Shown piece by piece: positions 40,718 to 59,000 of a DNA stretch of 64,000 nucleotides. The notes under the pieces are model-generated. The model was not told the DNA's origin. It saw only the letters and a program-made list of their open reading frames with translations, and did not search any database. The stretch is taken from NCBI GenBank assembly GCA_943704425.1, contig CALSCP010002018.1, forward strand, positions 38,190 to 102,189. The letters are read 5' to 3'. Within the stretch, counting starts at the first letter, position 1. Each line of letters begins with the position of its first letter. A program made the position numbers and the translations under genes. Source of the stretch: Ministeria vibrans ATCC 50519 (taxonomy: Eukaryota > Protista > Filasterea).

Positions 40718-42049
40718 TCAGACACAGGGAGGCGAAAGGTTTCGATTGGGAGTCATAAAATCGACTCCGTAATTGGTCGCGAGATGAAGCATTGGATCTT
40801 CGTAGCACAAGAGGGCACCACTAAAGTTCGAAAAAGTACATTGACAGAGTGACGGCGTGCCAGGGTCCTCGGGTGGATGAGAAAAGATCTGGAAATCGAA
40901 CAGCGAGATGTAAATGTCCAACTGAACCGGTCGCACACCGGCAGGGAGATTTGCCATGCGCAGTCGCCCACCCCGTTGCCAAGTGTTATTAAATTCCGCT
41001 TTGAATATTGTTTGGAGCGTCTCGTCGAGCGCCAGCACCTCTCGGACACGTTCCGCATACTGTGCAACTGTCCATCCGCAAAGGGTCGCCTTGGAGTGCT
41101 CTTTGCTGTCCCAGAAGGAGCGTGTCTTCTTGTTGAGCGGCTCGCTCACGCGAATGCGTGGAAACGGGAGTTGCTTGGCGTCGTCGCAGGGCTCGACGCC
41201 GGGTCGTAACAGCGGAAAGTTGAGGTGTATCGGAATGCAAAAGTCCATATCCCCGTCTCCTGGAATGGCGCCTCCATGTCGGAACGCACCGAGCGCAGTT
41301 CCGTCCAAAGGATAAAAGAGCAGCCCTGACTTGGAAAACCGGTGCAATATCTGCAGTAGTCGGGGGAGTCGATTCTCTCGCACGTCAGCGAGCGTTGCCG
41401 GAGGACACCTTCGAGGGGACGCCATCCAGGTGCACGGTGACCACGCTTGCGCTTTCCCTCCTCTGCCGCTGTGCAAGTCCCGATGCATCGTCCCCGTCGG
41501 ACAGTATTTGTCGATTTCAGGGAGGAGAACGCGACGCTCGTTGTCGGTAGCGTTCGCACTCGCCTTGAATAGCAGTTTGGTACAGAGAGTGGACGCGTTT
41601 GTCCATCTCGCTTCGTACGCGCCCATTTCAAACCCTACGAAGGCTGTCCATTCCAGTCTGTCGCGCGGACCAAAGTCGAGAATGCCGTCATGGGCAAAGG
41701 TGGAGCAGTATGTCGAGTCGGGTGTGCAGAGGGTGAGGTTGGAGTGCGCCTGTGACAGGAGCGTGAGCTGTTGGCACTCTCGTTGCGACCGCACAATTCG
41801 GGTGCAGGACGAAACGTCAGAGCCAGCAGGCAGTGCCCGTCCGCCTTGCCTTGTGACGCACCATAAGTACCTATCCTGATGTGTGTCGAGGAGGGCGGCA
41901 ACGCAATCGTTGAGGTTGCCGTGGGAATGTGCTTGATAAGTATTCGTATCCCGCAGCAAAATGATGTTTGAGTTGGAGGAGTCGTGCACAAAGAAGACCA
42001 CAGCAAGTATCAACGTGATCAAGATCACGAAGCGCGAAACCCTTATCAT
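40718..42049 (-). CDS. LicD/fukutin-related nucleotidyltransferase-fold protein, type II membrane
   Basis: N-terminal TM FVILITLILAVVFFV; GTALGAFRHGGAIPGDGDMD matches the LicD motif GTLLGAxRHxGxIPWDxDxD; LDIY; C-terminal L...YG.DFMTP. Intronless. Confidence 0.85.
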   Translation of the reverse strand: MIRVSRFVILITLILAVVFFVHDSSNSNIILLRDTNTYQAHSHGNLNDCVAALLDTHQDRYLWCVTRQGGRALPAGSDVSSCTRIVRSQRECQQLTLLSQAHSNLTLCTPDSTYCSTFAHDGILDFGPRDRLEWTAFVGFEMGAYEARWTNASTLCTKLLFKASANATDNERRVLLPEIDKYCPTGTMHRDLHSGRGGKAQAWSPCTWMASPRRCPPATLADVRENRLPRLLQILHRFSKSGLLFYPLDGTALGAFRHGGAIPGDGDMDFCIPIHLNFPLLRPGVEPCDDAKQLPFPRIRVSEPLNKKTRSFWDSKEHSKATLCGWTVAQYAERVREVLALDETLQTIFKAEFNNTWQRGGRLRMANLPAGVRPVQLDIYISLFDFQIFSHPPEDPGTPSLCQCTFSNFSGALLCYEDPMLHLATNYGVDFMTPNRNLSPPCV

Positions 42050-42363
42050 TTCGTCAACAACATGAACTTTAAGATGTGTTTTATTTGTGAAGAAGTAGAT
42101 CACTGAAACTTAACTGTCTTAAATGTGCGTTGATTAATAGGATTTTCTCAACCAACCGAGATCCAGTTGACACGTGCCAGTGACTCAATGGTCTATGAAC
42201 TATTGAACTTATTGAACTATGATTAGTGATGTCACAAGTGACTCGCAAGTTAGTCAAGTCCCAACTGTCAAACTCTCAATACGACTTGGTACAATATTAA
42301 GTTATTATGATAATCTTAATAATAAAAAAATATTATTATTAAACATAATGAGCTGCGTATTGT

Positions 42364-43533
42364 TTACTTCCCCTCAACAAACTTCTTCTCTTCTGCGATC
42401 TGTACGCGCTGCTCGTCAGTGAAGTCATCGGGAAGGTCAAAAAAGTTACGCAGCTCCTCAGGGGTCTTGTCCCGCGCCAACTCTGCGACCATCTTGCATG
42501 TGGCGTCCAGCAGTGGCTTGTTGTCCAGGTAGTTGGCCGCCAGAATCATCTAAGTAAAGGTGGCAAGGTCAAAAAGAGAATAGCACGCGCATGCGATCTC
42601 ACACTCTCGCTTTGTTTCTTTATCCCTGCTGTCTATATTCCTCTCTCCCTCTTTTTTGATTCCTCGTCATTTCTTTCCCTTTCCCTATTGTCTTCTCTCT
42701 CCATCACTTGTTACCACTCCTTTCGCCCTCCTTTCTCTCTCGATGATATACCTCAAACAATACATCACGCTGTACAGTGCAAAACTCTCTGTCCCACTTT
42801 GAGAGAGGTGCCGAAGCATTCACCGTCTACAAGAGTATCAAAGTAAGGCCATGGACAAGAACACATGCCGTACCGATTCCGAAGCATTTTCTCTTACTGG
42901 TACTTCGTCGCCCTTGTGGTGCTACAAATGAGTGAGACAAATTTGTTGTGATGACAGGACACCCTACCTCACAAAACTCGACGATTTTCTTCATCACTGA
43001 GCTACTGACATTGGCTAACGGAATAGGTGTGTCCTGGCGACCCAAATCTAAGCAGACACGCCAAACAAACCAAACCAAACAAATGCAGTGAGTCCTGGTT
43101 CGGTCTCGTCTCAGCGTCACATTGCACAGCGATCCAGCGAGCCCTTCGACTCCTCCCCACCCATGCAATTCAAGTAAATACTATACACTGGGCATAGTGC
43201 AAACACGTCAGGGCAGGAGCATGCCCGCCGAGCGGGCCAGACAGCGATAAGACTGTTTAGAGGGTCGCCAGCCGGTCGAACAGAGTGTCCAAGACGAAAC
43301 AAAACCCCCCTCCCCCTTTGACCGAGACACAAACAACACTCGATGAGGAATGATAACAGATGCATCGTGTCGTGGCGCAATCTCCTGGGCGTCGCAAGGG
43401 CCAACGGTCGCTGCATCGCGATACCTTCAAGAAGCGATTTGAGAGTACCATTCATCACTGCAACACTCTCCGCCAGAACAACAACCTCGCCATCGTTGCA
43501 CTTGGTCTTCACTTGGAACTCTTCTTCGGCCAT
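42364..43533 (-). CDS. SKP1: SKP1-family protein (divergent)
   Basis: Five exons: NDGEVV...TLKSLLED / PIPLANVSSSVMKKIVEFCE / HH... / WDREFC...LFE / MILAANYLDNKPLLDATCKMVA...KTPEELRNFF. Confidence 0.93.
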
Positions 43534-43656
43534 GGCACACGGAAGAAGAGACAAAAAAAAGTGGTTCGTCTGTTAGTGTGGACGAAAAATTATTCGACAA
43601 TTCAGGATCAGGATCGTCATTATTTTATTTATTGCTGTTCGTCTTTGCCAGCTTGA

Positions 43657-46600
43657 ATGTTCAACCGCTTGGCCGAGGCTATTCGAGGGCCTCGGAACAA
43701 ATTCTCATTGGAGAATCTCAAGTAAGCATTGATTGAGGCAGTGAGTTTTCACTCATCCACTCTGATCGCTCCTTTGTTCGCTGTTCAAGGTACCTGTACA
43801 AGACGCTGCAGCAGAATGTGACTATCACCGACCAAAACAAGGCGCTGGTCGTGGAGACGCTCAAGAACGTGACGGAAATCCTCATTTGGGGCGACCAGCA
43901 CGAATCGGCTTTTTTCGATTTTTTCCTCGAAAAGAACCTCTTGGGCTTCTTTCTACAGGTACGGTGCACAGAGGCGACTGCCCCCCCATGCGCACATGTG
44001 TCTCATGTGTCTCTTTTGCCCCCGCACGTGCAGATTCTCCGGCAGCGGACGGGGCGCTACGTCAAAATCCAACTGCTGCAAACCCTTAGCATTCTCTTTG
44101 AAAACATTCGCAACGACACCAGCGTCTACTACCTCCTCTCGGAGAACCACGTCAACGAGATCATTGTCCACAAGTTTGACTACTCCGACGAAGAAGTGCT
44201 CGCCTACTACATCAGCTTCCTCAAAACTCTCTCGTTCAAGCTCAATCGACACACTATTCACTTTTTCATCAATGAGGTACACACCATAATAATAATAATT
44301 ATTATTTAATAATAATAATAAGTTAATGATAGTCTCACCGTTTCTTTTTTTATTCTTGTTTGGCTACAGCACCTGCCCGACTTTCCATTGTACACGGAAG
44401 CCATTAAATTCTTCAACCACAAAGAGAGCATGGTGCGAGTGGCAGTGCGAACACTCACGCTCAACGTTTGCAAAGGTGAAGGTCACATACTACTCATCAC
44501 GTTCAACTGTGAACCATTGTTGTGCTTTTAGTCAACGATGAGAGTATGCTCAACTTCATTGTGGACCGTGCTGCCGCGCCCTACTTTAGCAATCTCGTGT
44601 GGTTCATAGGGAACCAATCTCTCGAACTAAACGAGTGTCTCGACAACCAAACCAAGTAATGCACTTGAGCGTACAATGGCATTGTTTATAATGTGTCTTT
44701 TCTTTTTTTGTGTGTAGCCCGTTTAAGCGAGATGCACTTGCCGAACACGTTGCCGAGCACCTCGACCAGCTGCACTTCCTCAACGACATTCTGTCTCTTA
44801 AGGTTGACAAACTCAACCGTGTTCTTTGCAACTTTCTCCTGAACGAGCTCTTCGTGCCGCTCTACGTCTTCTCGCTCTCCGAGCCGCTTCCCGTCTCCGC
44901 TACAGGTGCTGCTGACCCGCGACCACGCCTGAGCCCTCACCTGGCGCTCTTCTTGCTTGCTCACGTCTTCTCCATCTTTACGCACCGACCCCTCGTCACC
45001 TCCCTTGCCGACCACGTTCTCCGCTCCTCCTGCCCCAACATGGCTGATTGGGACGACTCCGCCTCGTCTCCTTCCTCCACATTTGCAGACGCTGTTGATC
45101 CCAAACCCACCAAGCCGCTTTCGGTGCTATCTTCCAACCACAGTCGCAATTCAAGGTTCGACGCCTTTTTAGCAAAGCGAGACGCTCTCTCCTCAATTTT
45201 TTTTTTTTGATTTTGTATCTCGATGTATGTGTGCACACAGCCAAGGCAACAAGGCGGCGTTTTTGCCTCCTGAGGCGACCCTTGAGCAGGTACGCGACGA
45301 GCTGGTGCGCGAATCGGCCATTGCAAAGGAACAGGGAATCATTTTCCGTGACAAGAATGGACTCTTGGTGTTTCCCCGTACCACCAAAGTGCCCGAGAAC
45401 GAACAGGAGAGTGACGGCACAATCGATTTGGGGTTCACCCTCGAGTATGATCAAACACTGACAGAGAGAGGAGGAGGGAGGAAGGAGGGAGAAAGAAACA
45501 AAGTGATAGAGAGAGAGAGGAGAAAGAAACAAAGTGATAGTGAGAGAAAGAAACAAAGTGATAGAGAGAGAGAAAGAAGGGAAAAAGAAGCTAAGTGCTA
45601 GGGAAAGGAGAAAAAATCAAACTGATAGAGGAGAAAGAAACAATTAGTGATGGAGAGAGGAGCAAAGTGCTCACATATTGCGTTTATGTTTTTTTTTTCT
45701 TTTTTTTTTTGCAGGAAGGAAATGCTGTTTCAGCAGCTGGACAACGAGCGGGATGACAACCGCGCCCTGCCAGCGCTGTGCCTTGTCCATGCCATCATCA
45801 ACAATCCTGGCATCCATCACCGTCTCCTGGATGCTGCAGATCTCTTTCTGCCTCGTCTTCGCAACCAGACGCAGCTCATTGTACGTGTTTTACGCTAATA
45901 TTATTCTTTCTTTTTCTTTCTGCTTCCATCTTTTTTTTTTTACAGAATGAATTGACTGGCGAAACTACGGCTGGAAGTGGAAGAGCAAACGACGACGAGC
46001 ACCCGACGAATGTAACGGTGACCGCGGAATTGAGCCAAGGACTCGTAAGCAACAGTAGATGCACACACCGCCATGGCACACAGAAGAAACACGTTTCTAA
46101 TTTCTCGATTGGCATAGGCTCCGTACAATGGGGATCTTGTAACACGATTGCTGCGCGTACTTGAAACAGGTTTGCGTGTGGACAGCCGCACGCGGTTTGT
46201 AGGTCTAGAGATGGCCGAGCGAGTGCTGCTGAATCTGGTGGGAGTGAATGGAGTAGGGGAGGCGAGTACGAGTGTCCCTGCGACAGCGACAACGACAGAT
46301 ACTGCTACGTGTGGGAAAGTGTTGCTTGCACGGAAGCACTTACGGCAATTGGAGAAAGTGCTTTCGATGGCTAAGCAGCAGCTGTGGCGTTTTTTCTCGT
46401 CGAGTCGTGGTGATCTGTTTTTGGATACGTTTGAGGATGAGCTGACGGTGGCTCGACGACCCGCACTTATTGTCGAGCACCTTATGATGGATGAGTCTAT
46501 TTTAATGCCGCCTGCCGAGTCCCCACTTACCGGCATTGCGTTTGAGAAGCGTCTCGCGTGTGGGTAAACGAAAAAGAGGCAGAGCACTAGGGAATGTACT

Positions 46601-47709
46601 CATAATATTTGGGGATGTAGTGAGGCGGAGCGAGCGCGTCATGCTATGAAAGTGTTTATGCTGGTGCGGAATCTGGTGTTGAAGGTGCGTGNCACACACA
46701 CACACATACACACACACACACTATCTCTATGTAATTTGCAGAGGACACTGACATGATTGCCTGCCGTGTTGCATCCACGTCTGAGTCTGCGCCCTTTACC
46801 TCTGTCTCCGCAACACACTTTCTTGTGGTTGACAACGCACGACTCATTCTCGCCGAGCCCGACACATCCCGTCTCGGCTGGGGCGTCATCCGCTTTCTCG
46901 CGTTTCTCCAGTCCATTGAAGTAAGCAAACTGAATCTGCGAGTGCCATTATCATTCTCATTTTCTCACTTCATCACACTCTCCTTTTTTCGTACTCTTTT
47001 CTATTTGTGCAGGCGACCAATGACAAGGTGGACGGACGAGTGTTGCATGTGACTGTAACCCCCAGCAACCGCTTGAAGCAAAGTGGGGCGGCTCTCCAGT
47101 TCTCTTGGATTGGCCAGTAAGTCGGTCATTGATTTTTTCGACGAGAGAAAAGGAAGTGATACAATTATTATTGCTTTGTGAATGGATAGGCTGACGTTCA
47201 ACGATCGTATTCGGTGTTTGGCGGCCAAACAGTATTTGGAGCGGGGTCGGAGTGAGCTGCGGGCGCACAAGCTGGCCAAGATTGCGGCACTGTTGAGTGT
47301 GGCAGAGGAGCAGGATGGTGGTGGTGGTGGTGGTGACGACGAGGAGGAAGAGGAGGACGCGGCGGAGACAGTGAGTGTGGGGACTGCAGCGAGTGATATC
47401 GCGCTGGAGACAACAGTCATTGAGGATGATGGCGTGGAAGCGGAAGAGGAGGGTGAGACTGAGACTGAGGCTGAGGGTGAGACTGAGGCTGAGGGTGAGG
47501 CGAAGACTGAGACTGGGGCTGAAACTGTGGTAGACAACTCGGAAGAAACCGTGTCAGAGTTCGACCACCCCACCACCACGGACGATGCTGTGAACCGTGC
47601 GGCAAGGACCGACTCAGCGATAGAAACCTCTACGAGCGACGAATCGGCGACAGAAACCTGTACGGGTGAGCACGCCGACACTACAGCAACAGAACCTGTC
47701 GCGGAGTAG
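43657..47709 (+). CDS. CLEC16A: CLEC16A/Ema/GOP-1 (FPL domain) endolysosomal and autophagy regulator
   Basis: [123 protein letters not shown]. More than ten exons. Confidence 0.96.
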
Positions 47710-47782
47710 GACAGAAGGAAAGAACGAAAGAGAGAGAAAAAAGTTTAAAAGTATTTTATGTACAATCCAAACGAGTCAATTT

Positions 47783-48648
47783 TCAACCCCATGCAGGCGT
47801 CTGGCAGTAGTGCATCTCCAGCTTTCCTCCAACAGCAAAACACTGGTAGAGGTTTCCGACAATTTCATCGGGAGCGGGCATAAACGCCTGATTGATGTAC
47901 AGAAAGAGCGAGTCGTTCTCGACCAGTTTGAGTTGCTTACGCAAATACTCAATGACTGTTTGAAACTTCTCTGCCGCCGTGATTTTGAACTTTTTCTTGA
48001 TCAGTTGCGGTGCTCCACCAGCCGCTCGGAATTGCACAATGACTACGTTCAAATGGAGCAGTGAGTGGGCGAGTGCTCATCATCATGGAGCCACCGAGTG
48101 TGCTCTCCCTTACCCTTCTCGGGCGGCGGTACGCGACACGTCTGTGCCTCTAACGGCTCCACAGCCGAGTTTGAGTGCGTTGTTTCCTCGCGAGGCAGCG
48201 GGCTTTCCGTTTTGGTGGCTACAGTGGACAGAGGACAAGAGACAAAAGGAACATTGAGAACTTGCAAAAACGTATAAAAAAAAAACGAAGAATAAAAAAA
48301 AATGGAGTGTTTGCTTGGCGCAACTGGCTCTGCAATGGGCTACGTACCTGGTCCAGCGTCTTCAGTGGCCGCCGCCGCCGCCGCCGCCGCCGCAGTAGCA
48401 GCAGCAGCCTCGTCGGACGTGCCAGCGCCTTCAACGGGCTCTGTCGTCGGCGCATTCCCAGACGCCTCCTCAGCCCCTCTAGCTGTGGCTTCCGGTGTGG
48501 GAACCGCCACAGACACATGGTCCTCACTCCCAGGGTCTATCAACCCATCCCAAAACACCCGTTCGTCAGTGTGACTAAGTCGTGAAGTTCCCCCTTTTTT
48601 TTCTTTTTTTTTCTTACCTGCTTTTACTGTCGCTGTTGATTCTTCCAT
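47783..48648 (-). CDS. ATG12: Ubiquitin-like autophagy protein 12
   Basis: Last exon VQFRAAGGAPQLIKKKFKI...LFLYINQAFMPAPDE.VGNLYQCF...LEMHYCQTPAWG* has the diagnostic C-terminal AWG. The low-complexity N-terminal exons start at about 48648. Confidence 0.95.
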
Positions 48649-48927
48649 AGTCTCTTTTCTTCAAGCAATCACAAGAGATACTCGAAGACGAAATATCTCA
48701 CACAAAATTAATATAACATTAATTGATCATATGAATGATGAATATGTTTTTTTTTTAGTCATTATTACAGTTTGATTTTTGTTTCACTCTTACCGATTCC
48801 CATAATAATCCCACACTCCAACCTGGCTGCGTCGCCTGTAAGTCTTCCTTCTTGAATTTTTTTTCTTTTTTCTTCGTTTCTGAAACGCCCATTCAACGCG
48901 CAACCTCCAGACTCGCCCTCTGCCGCC

Positions 48928-55737
<6,810 letters not shown>

Positions 55738-55901
55738 CCAATTGTGTACAATACTATAATAATTATTAATAAATTTATTAATAAAAATAAATTTAATAAT
55801 TACTACTGTTGTAGAAAATTTTAATAGTGTTAAGAATAATAAGAATAATAAGAATAATAATAATAATAATTAATGTCAATTCATGGACTCTCTCACTCTT
55901 G

Positions 55902-56003
<102 letters not shown>

Positions 56004-56005
56004 AT

Positions 56006-59000
56006 CTATACGGCAGTGCTGTCAAGCCGCTCCTCGACCACCACAAAGTCGTCGCCGATAAGTAGCGTGCCCCGGTGTTTGCTCTCCGTCGCCGGACTAC
56101 TCCAGGGGCTGTGTCCGAATCGTTCCAGTAACGACTGGCTCGAGCGATCATCCTTCTCGCTCATCTCGGCCAGCGACGAGCCCGAGAATGTCAAGGCACT
56201 GCCCGAGCCCATGTCGGTGAGCTCGTCTGAAATCCACGTTTGCGAGCGATCCACATGATCAAAATAACTGTCGCTACGAGAAGCAGATAAACCTCTGGCT
56301 GCGGCTGGCGCCATAGGACGCGACGAGCTGTGCCTACGTGCGGAGCGCATCGACGGCGAATTCTCCGGCGACAACTGACTCACCAGTTGTTGCAGCGCAA
56401 GCGACGACTCAGACAGACTCGCCATGCTGGTATTTGAGGTGCTTGCGCGATAGCCCAAGCGCTGTCGCGACGCAGCCGGAGAGCTAGGGCCCTCCATGAA
56501 AACAGTCACATCGCGGACGGGGGGAACATTGTTGGTGTCCATCTCTACGTGCTGCTGTGCCAAAAGACGATGTTTGCCGTTCCAGTCAGGCCGCAAAACC
56601 GAGTACCAACGAGCGTGTGGCAGTTTGCTTTGACAGTCGGGTGACGACGAGGACGATGCGGCCGAGTTGTTGGGCGTGTTGTTGGGCGTGCTATTGGTGC
56701 CTTTGGCGGCAGGTCGCGTGCCTCCCGTCGAGCGAGACGCAGCCGCTGTTGTTGCTGTCGTCGTCCGACGGTTGTTGCGCATGGTCGTGAGCAGCTCGGA
56801 CATACCTGCGCGCACCTTGGTGGCCAGGACGTAGTTGACAAATAGAAATACCCCCAGCGCACCATTGGCAATGACAAACAGGTACTGCCAGACAATGGAG
56901 GTGTGCGCAACGACAAAGAATGCCAGCACCCATGTGGCACCCAGCAGCATGGCCAACGAGAGGACCACGCCAACCCGCGACTCACGTACGTCGGGCGGAA
57001 GTTGCTTCTGGATACGACGCAGCGACAAAGCAATGCGCACACAGAGAACCAGATTGACCATGAGCACAAGGGCGATAGGGAAAAAGACCACCGAGGCGAG
57101 CGCCACTCGACTCGGAACAAAGCAAATACGTCCGTCGCCATAGGCGTCGGTGTAGGCGTCGCTCACGCTCGTGTGCGCAAGAAGGTACATGACAAGAAGG
57201 TAACCACTGATAAGGAGAGCGGGTGCACACACAATGCTCGCGGCCATCCACTTGAGCGTCTGTTTGCGCAGCTGACGCGCATTGTGCAGCAGAGTGTAAA
57301 AGCCCAGGCCGACGCAGAGAAGCGCAGTGAATTGCGCGAGCATGGAGTAGTGTAGCAAAAGGCCCAGAGCAAAACACGCGGCGTGCGACGCCCCCTTGCT
57401 TGAGAGGGAATTGATCACAAAGAGAGCCTCCAGGGCAAAGATGGTCGCGCAACACATCATGATGATGATGAGCGGACGGGTGCGCAACTTGCGAAGAAGC
57501 TGGTATACCACACAGACGCAGGCACTGCCAACAAGCGCAAGAGCAGAACCGACATAGGACAGGGCAGTGAGGGCGGTGGACTGGGATGCACTTCCTTGCA
57601 CGTCAAACAGCACCGCAAAGTTGGTCAGGTGAGTACACTCGCACTCGACATTGTAGCCAGAGCGCGCCACAACCGCACAGCCATCGGACTGCCACGCGCG
57701 CGCACTAAAGTTCCATGCAACACAGTGTACATGAGCAAGAGAGGCATTTGCCACCGCCGAATCCGTCTCAAAAGTGAGGCGCACCGTGGCATTGTCTGGG
57801 AGTGGGTTGGGCAGATCCAGATCGACAAAGGTGACCGTAACCACGTCGCTGACAATGGCACCGCCCGACAGCGCCTGCACCCCAATTATACCCGAGTCGT
57901 TAGTCGCCTGTGCCTGGAAGAACACATCGGAAGCCATGGCATTCATGACGACACGTGTGCAGTCAGGGACACTCGCGAGAATAGCGTGGGTGGCAAAGGC
58001 ATCGCTGGCAGCAAACGCCACGCCACGACGCGCCGTGCGCTGCTCGACCGTCTGAAACAGACTTGCTGAGCTGCCCATAAATGCGGATGCAACAACACCA
58101 CCGTCGTAGGAGGCAACGGAAAACGGGGTAGACGCGCATGTTGCGTCTTCACCGAGTGACGATTTGCTCAGCGTCTCAAGGAGTACTGCCGGCGTCGCAG
58201 TGGAGTCTGTGCTAGTGCTCACAACCTCACGGGTCGCCTCTTGCGCCAGAAGATTGCTCACTAGATCGACAATGCGCGCCACGTCGCCAGGGGCTTGTTG
58301 CGAGAGATCGAGCAAGGCGACTTTGTCAAGGAAGACAAGGACGTCGCGGACCTCGTGCGTGGTCAGGGGTGACGCCACATTGGATGTGTTTGACGCGGGA
58401 GCGCTGGGGGCTGTGATGTTCCTGGCGAGCACCGAGAGCGCCGGGAAGCTCTCGTCGGTGACGTTGGAAAGGGCAAGGGCGGCAATGAGATCGCTGCGGT
58501 AGAGCACATAAGGGACAAGGGCATGTGCGAGAGCACTGACATCGGGCACCTCGTCGCACAGCTCACCCGTGTACAGCGGGGTGCAGGCGCAGGCAAAAGA
58601 GACGTTCCCAGACTGAGATTCAATACAATTTCCGCCATGCTGGCAGGGCTCCGACTGGCATGGGGTGGCGCGTGTTGCACACGTGGGGCCTGAGCTACCG
58701 TCAAAGCAGTCGCACACAAACGTGTTCAGTTGGTCCACACACTGAATGGTATTGGCTGCGACACACGGACTGGAAGCGCACTCATTGATCTCCGTGGCAC
58801 ACACACTGTCGGTGAACCCGGCGGCACAAGTGCATGCGAAATTGCCTAGTGTGTTGAGGCAAGAGGCACCATTCATGCAAGGCGACGACGTACACTCGTC
58901 AATGTCCACCTGGCACACAGAGCCGGTCCATCCAGATGCACAAGCGCACGAGTATTTGTTGAGTTCATTGTCGCATGTACCGCCGTTGAGACATGGCTGT

